Positions 1 to 9,333 of a DNA stretch of 64,000 nucleotides are shown one piece after another. Below the pieces are notes generated by a model. It was given only the letters and a program-made list of their open reading frames with translations. It did not search any database and was not told where the DNA came from. Position 1 is the first letter of the stretch. The number at the start of each line of letters is the position of its first letter. The position numbers and the translations under genes are program-made. Origin of the DNA: Elusimicrobiota bacterium (GTDB lineage: Bacteria > Elusimicrobiota > Elusimicrobia > Elusimicrobiales > UBA9959); contig JBAXKK010000002.1 of the NCBI GenBank assembly GCA_037137395.1, forward strand, positions 31,881 to 95,880. Direction: 5' to 3'.

Positions 1-139
1 GTCAGTTTCAGACGCCCTGCGGATTTTTTCAATCAGGACCCTGGTGGCGGCCAAGGATTCGGACGCCAATAAAAAGCTCATACGGAACATCATACGAAAC
101 CGCAGATCTAAGTTTTTATCTACTGATTTTATCCTGTAA

Positions 140-799
140 ATGGATTTACTTATGGAAAACGGGGAAATTTCCGGAATAACCGCAATATTAAAAAAGCACT
201 ACCCCAAAGCGGACTGCTCGCTGAACCATCACAGCCCTTTTGAGTTGCTGATATCAACCATACTTTCAGCACAATGCACCGACCAGCGCGTGAACATGGT
301 AACGCCCATACTGTTCAAAAAATATCCCGGAGCGAAGCAAATGAGTTCGGCACCCATAAGGAATCTTGAAGCGATTATACGCTCCACCGGGTTTTACCAC
401 TCAAAGGCCCTGGCAATAAAAGAAACTTCCAGAGCCCTGACGGATAATTTCGGCGGAAAAGTACCGGTCGACATGGACAAACTTCTGACGCTTCGCGGCG
501 TGGCCAGAAAAACGGCCAATGTGGTTTTGGGCAGCGGCTACGGCATAGCCGCCGGCGTGGTGGTGGACACCCATGTAAAGCGCCTGGCATTCCGCCTGGG
601 CCTGACCGGGGAAACTGATCCCATCCGAATAGAGAAAGATTTGATGGAGAAGATTGAAAAAAAAGATTGGATCTGGTTCGCGCACGCGCTTGTGCACCAT
701 GGCCGGGCCGTCTGCCAGGCCAGAAATCCGGATTGTCCCCACTGCGCCCTTAACAAACTGTGCCCCAGGAACGGAGTGAATGAGCGCCATAAGCCGTAG
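140..799 (+). CDS. nth: endonuclease III (HhH-GPD glycosylase/AP lyase)
   Basis: 219-aa ORF. HhH-GPD core (LISTILSAQCTD, GVARKTANVVL). C-terminal Fe-S motif CX6CX2CX5C (CQARNPDCPHCALNKLC). Confidence 0.9.
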   Translation: MDLLMENGEISGITAILKKHYPKADCSLNHHSPFELLISTILSAQCTDQRVNMVTPILFKKYPGAKQMSSAPIRNLEAIIRSTGFYHSKALAIKETSRALTDNFGGKVPVDMDKLLTLRGVARKTANVVLGSGYGIAAGVVVDTHVKRLAFRLGLTGETDPIRIEKDLMEKIEKKDWIWFAHALVHHGRAVCQARNPDCPHCALNKLCPRNGVNERHKP

Positions 800-820
800 G
801 CCATTTGCCATAGGCTTTTT
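786..820. repeat. heptamer array, GCCNTAN family (gccataa gccgtag gccattt gccatag gcttttt)
   Basis: Five consecutive 7-nt units read directly. The array overlaps the last codons and stop of nth. Confidence 0.8.
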
Positions 821-882
821 AGGAGTTCCAGGCAGTTAAGACAGCTCAGCGGCACAGCGATGCAGAGATCTAGCTAAATTGC

Positions 883-920
883 AAAAAAGGACAGGCTGAT
901 ATGAAGCCTGTCCTTTTTTT
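883..920. terminator. bidirectional rho-independent terminator
   Basis: A-run, 9-bp stem ggacaggct/agcctgtcc (889-897/905-913), then T7 run. Lies between convergent nth and the GAF/PAS gene. Confidence 0.65.
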
Positions 921-934
921 GCGGCAATCCAGTT

Positions 935-1792
935 TTAAATGTTGGTAATGTCCTGGAAGATCACGCCGGCTCCGCTTACTTTTCCGTCAACGCTTTTTAT
1001 ATTTATGGAGCTGTAGCCGATAATTTTGGTTTTGCCGTTGATGGCGTATTTAAACTCCTGCCGGCGCACGGTCTTGCCCTGTGTCAGCACGTCTCCGATG
1101 GCGCTGACAATATCCGGTGAGATTTGAAATATTGAAATGATATTTTTATTGAGATAATCATCGCCCACTTCAAATATTTCTTTGGCTTTAGGGTTGAAGA
1201 AGATAATCTTTCCGTCCAGGTCCACACCTATGAACCCGCCGGAGAGGTTATTGATGGTGCTTTCCCCTTTTAGACTAAACTGCTTAATGGTCGTTTCCAA
1301 GCGCCCCGTGTAGATATCTCGGGCCGCGCAATGCGTAATTATCGATGCCAGATCCAGATCCTGCGCGCTAAAAGCCCCTTGCGAGCAATTAATAAATTCT
1401 ACCACGCCAAGAAGCTTGCCGCCGGCAACAGCGGGAACGGCCAAGATATCTCTGGTCTTAAATCCCGTGCCATAATCTACTTTATTGGTGAAACGCAAAT
1501 CCGCCTCCACATCGCTCACCAGAATAGGTTTACGGGTTTGGGCGCACCAGCCGGCTATACCCTGATAGCCGAAGCTGACACCAGTCAGACTCGCACTCAC
1601 CGGTCCGATGCATTGCTTGAAAGTGAGGGTCTTTTTAGCCTCGTCCGCTTCTAAATAGGTGGCGGCCTGACAGCCTATAACGGAAGACGTTTTTCTTATA
1701 AGGTAATCCCAAAGTTCATCTTCGGTTTTGGCCTTGCCGGAGGAAAAATCCTCAAACATTCCGTACAGCATAGAAAAATAATCGCGATTCAT
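935..1792 (-). CDS. GAF domain plus PAS domain sensor protein with no output domain
   Basis: 285-aa ORF. N-terminal GAF-like region (...LAVPAVAGGKLLGVVEFIN...) and C-terminal PAS-like region. Its start overlaps the stop of the upstream amidase by 4 nt. Confidence 0.6.
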   Translation of the reverse strand: MNRDYFSMLYGMFEDFSSGKAKTEDELWDYLIRKTSSVIGCQAATYLEADEAKKTLTFKQCIGPVSASLTGVSFGYQGIAGWCAQTRKPILVSDVEADLRFTNKVDYGTGFKTRDILAVPAVAGGKLLGVVEFINCSQGAFSAQDLDLASIITHCAARDIYTGRLETTIKQFSLKGESTINNLSGGFIGVDLDGKIIFFNPKAKEIFEVGDDYLNKNIISIFQISPDIVSAIGDVLTQGKTVRRQEFKYAINGKTKIIGYSSINIKSVDGKVSGAGVIFQDITNI

Positions 1793-3690
1793 TTTTTCAC
1801 CTTTTTGGCAGGGAGCCCCCCGCTCTTTTGATTAGACACAGCCGGCGCGGGGGCGATCCCCGATACGGGCTTTGCCTTTGTATCCGGCTTTCGGATCAAG
1901 TGTTCCGCGCCGGAAGGGACGGGGCGGGGGCGCACCTTGAAGAAGTCAAGCACACCCGCAGCTATCGTCTCCGCCAGCCTGGCCTGAAAGACCGGAGTAT
2001 TAAGCATTTCTTCCTGCTCCGGCATGATCATATAAGCGCTCTCAATAAGCACAGCCGGCATAGAGGTCATGCGGGCCACGGCATAGTCGCCGAAGCGCAG
2101 GCCTTCATCCGGCAACGGAATATTTTTAAGATAGGAACGGTGAATAGCTCTGGCCAGTCCGTAACTATGCCGCTGATAATGATACACCGCGAAACCCCTG
2201 GGCTGAGAAAACGGGTCCTCACCGTCGCCGATAGCGTTGTTGTGAAGGCTGATATAGATATCGCCTTTATAATCCTTGGCCATTTTTGGCCTGTCCGCCA
2301 GCTGAACATTCTCGTCTCCGTAGCGAGTCATAAAGACAGTCGCGCCCAGGCTGGCGAGCGCGTCTTTTAATTTATCGGCCGTAACGCGGTTGACCTGATA
2401 CTCAAGAGTTCCCATGGGGCCGATGGCTCCGTCGTAGGGCTGCACCAGCTTGGGAGAATGTCCGGGGTCCAGCACCACCCGCAGGCCGGCCAGCGGCCTA
2501 GGCCAGGTTCCGGACACGGACGGCATCCGCTTAAGATCCACGTTAAGGGCGCGCGTGCCGGGGATTACATCATAGCCTCCCAATTCTGAACCGGGCGCGA
2601 ATTCAAAATCCACGGCAACAGTGTTCTCCGCGATCTGCGAAAAGCGCACCTGTCGCACAAAGGTATCCGAAGAATCATAGACAACATAGTTGCTGTGCAG
2701 CTTGGTGTAATAAAGCGTTAGCCGCAGCGAATTCTCACGCTCCTCGGCGGCATACGCAGCCGGATACGGCATAGTGATGGAGGCTGTTGCGCCGGTCTCG
2801 GTCTTCTTAAGACGGATAGCGCCGGTCTCGTTCTGAGGAACGAAAGCCGTATCGGCGGCGATCTCCACCTTTGAATCGTCAACCCATCCGGTCTCGGATG
2901 ACGATAGCCTGATGCGGCGGCTGTTGCCCAATCTGCCGTCTGAAACCAGCTTTACGTTTTTGGGAAGGAACACCATGTAACCGGAATCTACGCCGTTGCG
3001 GAGTATCACGGTATCAGTGGAAGTCTCGACAATTACAGGATTCCTGAGAATGCTGATATGTCTCTTTGAAATCGCGCGCGCGCCGGATGCGAAAAGTCCG
3101 GTTTTAAACTTCACTCTCAGTTCGGTTTTGTCGGCCTCGTCGGAATCTTTTACGCGGTAGGCTCCAAAATAGCGGCCGGAGCCGGGAGGCAGTTCCTTCA
3201 TTTCAACATCCCGCGCCACGTTCTTTATAGTGAACGCGGCGACGCGGCCGGGAGTGCCGGCGGCTTGCACATCGATATAATCTCCCGGCGAAAGGTCGAG
3301 ATCTGCCAACGGGGATATCAGTTCAAGGCGCAAGCCCCCGGCGGAAATAGCGGGCTGGGGGCTGGTCCTGATCTTTATCTTTCTGGAGTAAGTTACGGTG
3401 GCGCCGTTTAAAAGTTCGCATTTAAAAATAAAATTCCCCTCGCTGACCGGCAGATATGCGATGAATCCGCCGTTCCTATAGACATTTATCTTAGTCCCGT
3501 TTATGTAAAACGGCGCTGTGGGAGGCTTTATATTTCCGAAAATAAAGGTATTCTTCACGGACGGGAGAATATCTCCCTCCGATGGATATGTAACTATTAT
3601 TTCCCCGGCCCGCGCCGCCCCCGTGGAAAGGCAGGCGAGGACGGTTAAAGTCAGAAAAGTGGAGCGAAGTTTCATATCAAGTATTTTCAT
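1789..3690 (-). CDS. secreted N-acetylmuramoyl-L-alanine amidase (Amidase_3 family) with large N-terminal domain
   Basis: 633-aa ORF with signal peptide. C-terminal amidase_3 motifs (VVLDPGHSP, ISLHNNA, ESAYM). Confidence 0.8.
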   Translation of the reverse strand: MKILDMKLRSTFLTLTVLACLSTGAARAGEIIVTYPSEGDILPSVKNTFIFGNIKPPTAPFYINGTKINVYRNGGFIAYLPVSEGNFIFKCELLNGATVTYSRKIKIRTSPQPAISAGGLRLELISPLADLDLSPGDYIDVQAAGTPGRVAAFTIKNVARDVEMKELPPGSGRYFGAYRVKDSDEADKTELRVKFKTGLFASGARAISKRHISILRNPVIVETSTDTVILRNGVDSGYMVFLPKNVKLVSDGRLGNSRRIRLSSSETGWVDDSKVEIAADTAFVPQNETGAIRLKKTETGATASITMPYPAAYAAEERENSLRLTLYYTKLHSNYVVYDSSDTFVRQVRFSQIAENTVAVDFEFAPGSELGGYDVIPGTRALNVDLKRMPSVSGTWPRPLAGLRVVLDPGHSPKLVQPYDGAIGPMGTLEYQVNRVTADKLKDALASLGATVFMTRYGDENVQLADRPKMAKDYKGDIYISLHNNAIGDGEDPFSQPRGFAVYHYQRHSYGLARAIHRSYLKNIPLPDEGLRFGDYAVARMTSMPAVLIESAYMIMPEQEEMLNTPVFQARLAETIAAGVLDFFKVRPRPVPSGAEHLIRKPDTKAKPVSGIAPAPAVSNQKSGGLPAKKVKK

Positions 3691-3735
3691 TATAATATAT
3701 TTTAGCCCCTCTAATTTTTTAAGGTGATTGCAAAA

Positions 3736-4950
3736 TCAACCCTTAGGCAGAGGCGAGCGAACGGGGGAAGGTTCCTCACTTACGGCCATAGCCGCAGCGA
3801 AACCGGCGATGGCTAGAAGTGATGCGGCCATAAAAACTGATTTGTAGCCATAAGCGGCCCAAAGTATACCGCCCAACGCCGGCATCAGCATCGAGACCGC
3901 GTGATCCATGGTAACACCCATCGACAATGTCGGGGCTATATCAGATTTATGCACTGCCAGCTTATTAAGGTATGTGGTACGCGCTATGCGCGTGGCGAAC
4001 ATCAGGCTGTCCAGTATAAACAGCGCGTATAAAAACGGCCTGAAAGTTGAGAAGGCGAAACCGCCGCATATTATCAGCAGAATAAGCGCGTCCGCTATAA
4101 ACATTTTACGCTCGCCAATTTTGTCTACGAGCACGCCGAAGGCCTGCCGAAATACCACTCCCAGGAAATAGGCGGTCATAGACAGCGCCGCCATAATGGC
4201 CGGGTTCGCGCCATAAACCGTCACCAGCACCCACGGCGCGAAGGTTAGAAATATCTGTTTTCGCGCCCCAAATAGTATATTCAGCAGATAAAACCATCTG
4301 TATTTCCATCTAAAAACAAAACGTTTACCGCCGGCAACAGCGTCCTCTCCGTCTTCTTTCATTCGCGAAAAAAGAAAAGCCGAAACCACCGAGGCCAGCG
4401 CCGCCGCCAGGAAAGCCCACTGATAAAGCTTCGGGGCCGCCGTCTTCGCGAGCAGCCATACCAGCCCGGCGCCGGCTATGGCCGCGAAATTGGTTATGCC
4501 GCTTATCTGGCCCAGCCTGCGCCCGTGCCCTCCCTCCCTGGCGAAGCGCAGGCCCATCACGCTCTCCACAGTCATAAAAAGGTGACCGCCGGTGCTCCAC
4601 AGAAGCATCCACACCAGCATCAAATGGTACGACGGCGACAGGAAACCCAGCCCCGCCACGCCCACCGCGGTAAGCAAACTTGTTATAACCGCCCATTGCC
4701 GCACCGGCAAAGCCGCAAGCCCGCCGGTGACAAAAATAAGCATAAAGCCGGGGAACTCGCGCGGGAACTCCAGGAAGCCGCGCTGGCTGGCTGACATCCT
4801 GAAAGAGTCGTTTAGGTAGTTGTTGAAAGCTGAAGAGATGATGCCGGAATTTATTCCCAGAAAGAACACACCGGCAAGGAAAGCCTTTAGAGCGGGGTCG
4901 GCATTGTTCCACCGGCCATATATTTTAGAGGCGTACAATGTTAGAGGCAT
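3736..4950 (-). CDS. MFS transporter
   Basis: 404-aa ORF with about 12 hydrophobic segments and MFS-like loops. The annotated ATG and first 10 codons lie inside a 16-nt repeat array, so the start is uncertain. Confidence 0.65.
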   Translation of the reverse strand: MPLTLYASKIYGRWNNADPALKAFLAGVFFLGINSGIISSAFNNYLNDSFRMSASQRGFLEFPREFPGFMLIFVTGGLAALPVRQWAVITSLLTAVGVAGLGFLSPSYHLMLVWMLLWSTGGHLFMTVESVMGLRFAREGGHGRRLGQISGITNFAAIAGAGLVWLLAKTAAPKLYQWAFLAAALASVVSAFLFSRMKEDGEDAVAGGKRFVFRWKYRWFYLLNILFGARKQIFLTFAPWVLVTVYGANPAIMAALSMTAYFLGVVFRQAFGVLVDKIGERKMFIADALILLIICGGFAFSTFRPFLYALFILDSLMFATRIARTTYLNKLAVHKSDIAPTLSMGVTMDHAVSMLMPALGGILWAAYGYKSVFMAASLLAIAGFAAAMAVSEEPSPVRSPLPKG

Positions 4951-5050
4951 AGCAGTCTGGAGGTAAAGCAGTTTAGATGTAAAGCAATTTAGCCAAATTG
5001 CCGGCGGGCTGTGCCTCTAAGTTGCTAGACGGCTTTGCGTCTAAATTGCC
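4925..5050. repeat. 8/16-nt periodic word array (TTAGAGGC / GCCTCTAA family), two inverted arms
   Basis: ttagNNNN words at 4925, 4941, 4957, 4973 and 4989 (exact 16-nt phase). Inverted words gcctctaa at 5013 and gcgtctaa at 5037. Confidence 0.8.
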
Positions 5051-5261
5051 AGTTTTATTTCCAGGATACGGTCAACTCTAAAAATCCATTCTCCATGTCG
5101 GTCGAGCCAGAAACAATCCAGACCAACGCCCCCCCCCTCACGGAAACCCGGCGATAAAACCTTTCCGCAATTATACCATTTAGGCGCACCAGCCAAAGTG
5201 ACGGAGCGGCCCTGTAATATTTTTGCCCTGCGACGCAGTTGTTATCTATAATCAGAAGCAT

Positions 5262-6473
5262 ATGAATATCTCCAGATTTAAAATTATCGCGATACTGCTC
5301 GCGGTCTTCGTGGCGGGCGCGGGGGTATTCGCCTATATAAAATATAAGAAGTTTTCCGGCTATCTCATAGAACAGATAAATTCACAGACTGGCAAGAAAC
5401 TTGGGCGACAGGTTAAATTTAAAAAAATATCTTTTTCACCATTGGAAGGCGTTGTAATAGACGAGCCCTGCGTCTCCCGGGCGCCTAACTTCACAAAGGG
5501 CAATTTCTTTTGCGCGGCGCGGGCCGTGATACGGCCGGAGCTCGACCAGTTGATGAAGAACCGCCTGTATTTCGCGAACATTGAGCTTGAAAAACCGGTG
5601 GTAAAGATCCGGGAAACCGGAGGCAAATGGGATTTTGAAGATCTACTGGCCCTGCTGCCAAAAACTTCCAAGGGGCTCTACATAACCTGGAACGCCCGCA
5701 AACTGACGCTTAAGGAAGCGACACTGGAAATGGATTTAGGCTCTTCCGGCAACTCGATAGCTTTTGAGAACGCCGATCTCACATTGCTTCACTACTCCGA
5801 CCTGGCCGGGAATTTCTCGTTAAGTTTGAGCGGCGACCTGAAGACCATCCTTCAGGGGCAGCTGGTAACTGCTAAAACCTCTTTTAGGACCGACCTCAAT
5901 TTTGAATACACAGGGCTGACCTCCGCTTACGGCGGGGTGGAATTCAGCGACGCGGCCATGGGCGCCGCCACGCTTAGAAAAGCCTCCCTTAACTGGGAAC
6001 TATTTAACATACACAAGCCGGCGCCGGAAAAGAACTATACCGCCGGAGCTAAGGCGGAAGGGCTTTTCATCCCGGCCCAGAGTTGCGGCGCCTCACGGTC
6101 GGTTAACAGCGCCCTGGCGCTGCTCTCCGAAATTATGGGTAAAGCGAGCCCAAGATGCGAAGACATAGAGATGACCAGTCTGGCGCTGGATTTTGCCCTG
6201 AACGACGGCGCGCTGCGCGTAAAGCAACTGAACCTGGACACAAATTTTCTGAATCTAAAAACCACATATGAGCTTAACGGCCCGGCCGGCACCGTGGATA
6301 TGGCGCTAGCCGCCTCCTCCGGCGAAAACAAACTGCGCCTTACGGCCAAAGGCGCTATGGATAAACCCGAAATACTGCCGGTTATGTCCGTCACCCTTAA
6401 CCGCAAATTGATCGGTGTCGTGCGTGATATCAACGCCGCATTCTTGAAAGCATTCCCGATTGCTGGCAAGTGA
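5262..6473 (+). CDS. membrane-anchored AsmA-like protein
   Basis: ORF 5223..6473. Start chosen at MNISRFKIIAILLAVFVAGAG (N-terminal TM helix). The AsmA-family call rests on architecture and weak sequence similarity. Confidence 0.45.
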   Translation: MNISRFKIIAILLAVFVAGAGVFAYIKYKKFSGYLIEQINSQTGKKLGRQVKFKKISFSPLEGVVIDEPCVSRAPNFTKGNFFCAARAVIRPELDQLMKNRLYFANIELEKPVVKIRETGGKWDFEDLLALLPKTSKGLYITWNARKLTLKEATLEMDLGSSGNSIAFENADLTLLHYSDLAGNFSLSLSGDLKTILQGQLVTAKTSFRTDLNFEYTGLTSAYGGVEFSDAAMGAATLRKASLNWELFNIHKPAPEKNYTAGAKAEGLFIPAQSCGASRSVNSALALLSEIMGKASPRCEDIEMTSLALDFALNDGALRVKQLNLDTNFLNLKTTYELNGPAGTVDMALAASSGENKLRLTAKGAMDKPEILPVMSVTLNRKLIGVVRDINAAFLKAFPIAGK

Positions 6474-6488
6474 CAGGAGAAAAAAGAA

Positions 6489-7853
6489 ATGTCTAAAAAA
6501 GTCCTTATCATCGGCTCAGGACCCGCCGGCTATCCGGCAGCTTTACGACTGAAGGAACTGGGGGCCGAACCTACAATCGTGGAATCCTGGGATTTTGGCG
6601 GCACCTGCCTAAATCGCGGCTGCATCCCTTCAAAATCACTGCTTGACGTCGGATACCGGGTCCAGTCCATGGATGTGCTGAAAGGATTGATGCCCAACGG
6701 CAAAACCCTTGATTTCAACCCTAATATGCTCTCCTGGGATAAAATAAAGGCCCGCCGCTCAGCCGCCGTGGAAAAACTCCGCACCTCGCTTGAAAAACTG
6801 TTTCAGATGAAAAAAATTGAGGTAATGCGCGGCAAAGCGGCGTTCACCGGACCGAATGAAGCGACCATCGCCACGACCGCGGGCCCTGTAGTCAAAAGTT
6901 TCGATTTCGCCATCATAGCTTCCGGCACAAGGCCGGGGTTTCCCCCGCCTTTTGACGCTTTCAGGGCGCAGCTGACCGATTCCGACCGCGTATTCGATCT
7001 GGCGAAGTTCCCCAAATCCATCACAATCGTCGGCGGCGGCGTCATCGGGCTTGAATTCGCCTGTTTCTTCAATTCGCTGGGCGCGGAGGTGTCGATCGTG
7101 GAGCTTATGCCCAACATCCTGGCCGGAGAGGATGACACTGTTGTGCGAACGCTTAAAACTTCTTTTGAGAAACGCGGCATAAAATTTTATCTCGGCAAAA
7201 AAACCGCCGGAGTGGAAATCGGCGCCGGAATGAAAACCCTTATATTGGACGACGGCTCAAAGATCGTATCGGAAGAAGTGCTGGTAGGCGCGGGACGATA
7301 CGCGGATCTTTCCCAATTTGGCCTTGAGAACCTAGGCCTGAAGTGGGACCGTAAAGGCGTAAAGGTCAACGCTGGCATGCGCACCGAGCTGGAAAATATC
7401 TATGCAGCCGGGGACATCAACGGCATTTCGCTGCTGGCTCATTCCGCCACCCGGCAGGGCGAAATAGCGGCTGAAAATATTATGGGCGCGAGCCGCGTAT
7501 TTGACGAGGGGATCGTTCCCAAATGCATTTACACCTGGCCCGAGGTGGCTACTGTAGGCATAAACAAAGCCCAGGCCGAAATAGGTGGGCTTGCCGTCAA
7601 AACTTCCCGGGCGTATTTTCTCGGCATAGGCAAGGCCGTGACGCACGATGAAACGGAAGGCTTCGCCCAGATAGTTTACGACGCGGCCGATGAGACTATC
7701 CTGGGCGCCCAGATAGTGGGCGGGACAGCCACCGAGCTGATACATCTGCTGGCAGTGGCCGTCAAGTTCAAGCTGAAGCGTCAGGACATGCGTGAGATCA
7801 TCTACGCTCACCCCACAATGGCTGAAGTTATACACGAGGCGCTCAATAAGTAG
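6489..7853 (+). CDS. lpdA: dihydrolipoyl dehydrogenase
   Basis: 454 aa. GSGPAGY FAD motif, redox-active GGTCLNRGCIPSK, second GGGVIGLE motif and a C-terminal dimerisation domain. Confidence 0.9.
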   Translation: MSKKVLIIGSGPAGYPAALRLKELGAEPTIVESWDFGGTCLNRGCIPSKSLLDVGYRVQSMDVLKGLMPNGKTLDFNPNMLSWDKIKARRSAAVEKLRTSLEKLFQMKKIEVMRGKAAFTGPNEATIATTAGPVVKSFDFAIIASGTRPGFPPPFDAFRAQLTDSDRVFDLAKFPKSITIVGGGVIGLEFACFFNSLGAEVSIVELMPNILAGEDDTVVRTLKTSFEKRGIKFYLGKKTAGVEIGAGMKTLILDDGSKIVSEEVLVGAGRYADLSQFGLENLGLKWDRKGVKVNAGMRTELENIYAAGDINGISLLAHSATRQGEIAAENIMGASRVFDEGIVPKCIYTWPEVATVGINKAQAEIGGLAVKTSRAYFLGIGKAVTHDETEGFAQIVYDAADETILGAQIVGGTATELIHLLAVAVKFKLKRQDMREIIYAHPTMAEVIHEALNK

Positions 7854-8044
7854 AGGCACAGCCATTTAGCAACTTAGATGCAAAGCAGGCTGGCAATTTA
7901 GACGCAAAGCAATTCAGTAATTTAGCTAGAGCGCTTTGCTTCTAGATGGCTTTACATCCAAACAGCTTTGCCTCTAAGTTGCTTTACATCCAAACTGCTT
8001 TGCCTCTAAATTGCTTTGCCGCTAGACCGCTTCGCATATCCATT
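7850..8044. repeat. 8/16-nt periodic word array, large imperfect palindrome
   Basis: Right arm is seven units in exact 16-nt phase starting 7933, 7949, 7965, 7981, 7997, 8013 and 8029 (gctttRc NtcNaaN NN). Left arm carries inverse ttagNNgc words on an 8-nt grid from 7850. Fills the whole lpd-xth gap. Confidence 0.85.
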
Positions 8045-8046
8045 TT

Positions 8047-8817
8047 ATGTCTATAAAAATTTTATCTTGGAACGTTAATGGCTACCGGTCAATCCTTAAT
8101 AAAGGGTTCAGGGAATTCCTTGCAACCTCAGGGACAGATATCATTGGTCTACAGGAGATAAAAGCCAGTCCGGAGCAGCTGAAGCCGGAAGACATGGCTT
8201 TCGCGGGCTATGAGTCGCGATGGAACCCCGCCGAACGGAAAGGTTACAGCGGCGTAGCGGCTTTTTTCAAAACCCAACCGCTCTCAGTTTCCTGCGGGAT
8301 GGGTATCGGGGAATACGACATCGAAGGCCGGGTCATATCGCTGGAGTATCCGGCCTTTCATCTCTTAAATGTTTATTTTCCTAACGGCGGACAGGGCCCA
8401 GAACGACTGGCCTATAAGCTTAATTTTTATGAGGCTTTCCTGAAACATATCGAGACCCTGCGCAAAACCGGCAAGGCTGTTATTTTCTGCGGAGATATCA
8501 ACACAGCTCACCGGGAAATAGATTTGGCCAGGCCTAAAGAAAACGCAAACAATTCCGGCTTCATGTCCATTGAACGGGCCTGGCTGGATAAAATTACCGC
8601 CATGGGCTGGGTGGACACCTTTCGCCTTTTTCATCCGGAACCTGACAATTACACCTGGTGGGACTATAAAACGCGCGCCCGCGAACGCAATGTAGGCTGG
8701 CGAATAGATTACTTTTTTATAAATAAAGAGAAGCAAGATCTCGTAAAAGAGGCATTCATACTCCCGCAGATCCAGGGCTCCGACCACTGCCCCGCAGGAT
8801 TAACTCTGGACCTGTGA
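8047..8817 (+). CDS. xth: exodeoxyribonuclease III
   Basis: 256 aa. ILSWNVNG, LQEIK, CGDINTAH and SDHCP motifs of the EEP/ExoIII family. Confidence 0.9.
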   Translation: MSIKILSWNVNGYRSILNKGFREFLATSGTDIIGLQEIKASPEQLKPEDMAFAGYESRWNPAERKGYSGVAAFFKTQPLSVSCGMGIGEYDIEGRVISLEYPAFHLLNVYFPNGGQGPERLAYKLNFYEAFLKHIETLRKTGKAVIFCGDINTAHREIDLARPKENANNSGFMSIERAWLDKITAMGWVDTFRLFHPEPDNYTWWDYKTRARERNVGWRIDYFFINKEKQDLVKEAFILPQIQGSDHCPAGLTLDL

Positions 8818-8831
8818 CCTGACAGAGATTT

Positions 8832-8878
8832 ATTGCGAGTGAATGGACCATCATATTTTCCAATTTGCCACTCGCAAT
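8832..8878. repeat. inverted repeat attgcgagtg / cactcgcaat (CGAGTG word family)
   Basis: Perfect 10-bp arms at 8832-8841 and 8869-8878. Followed by a second hairpin atgcttaa/ttaagcat. Confidence 0.7.
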
Positions 8879-8922
8879 TAAAAGTTGTATGCTTAAAACT
8901 TAAGCATGTTTGAGGGGGAAAA

Positions 8923-9333
8923 ATGAATAACTTAAAGTTGCCTATCGTACTACTGGCGTCGCTGCTGTTGGCAGCCTGCTCTGCGAATCTGCGTAAAAAG
9001 GTGCCGCCACTGGAGGATGTTCTTCACGCCGGGCCTTTAGCCAAAATAGTGGTTTATTCCGGAAATGTGGCCCTGGGGCAGAGCGGTCCGTCCGCAGACG
9101 GAATAACTCTCTCTATAGGCGGCACAGCCGCGCTCAGCGCGCAAGGCCGCGACGTCAATAACCGGCCCATAAAAATATCCCCTGCATGGACCGCCAGTAA
9201 GCCTGAGCTGATAGAAATAACTCCCCGCACCGGAGATATAGTTCTGGTGAAAGGGCTCAGGGAAGGCACCGCCGAGATCGTGGCTGAATACGACGGCGTA
9301 AAAAAAACCATTGAGTACGTTTTTATAAAATGA
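8923..9333 (+). CDS. lipoprotein with bacterial Ig-like (Big_2) domain
   Basis: 136 aa. Lipobox LLAAC at the signal peptide end. C-terminal Big_2-like region (LREGTAEIVAEYDGVKKTIEYVF). Confidence 0.55.
   Translation: MNNLKLPIVLLASLLLAACSANLRKKVPPLEDVLHAGPLAKIVVYSGNVALGQSGPSADGITLSIGGTAALSAQGRDVNNRPIKISPAWTASKPELIEITPRTGDIVLVKGLREGTAEIVAEYDGVKKTIEYVFIK

Noticed and set aside
1-93. Possible 5' end of a minus-strand gene leaving the window (MMFRMSFLLASESLAATRVLIEKIRRASETD...).
   Set aside because: Only 31 codons are visible and no motif is recognisable, so it is not reported as a feature.
401-811. Antisense ORFs (401..811, 375..590, 538..855) opposite nth.
   Set aside because: They fully overlap a gene with clear family motifs on the other strand, have Arg/Pro/Gly-rich composition typical of GC-rich antisense frames, and contain no recognisable domain.
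4925-8044. Whether the periodic intergenic arrays are degenerate CRISPR arrays.
   Set aside because: The units are 7, 8 or 16 nt and directly abutting, with no unique spacers of 25-40 nt. They are arranged as inverted arms, and no cas genes are present.
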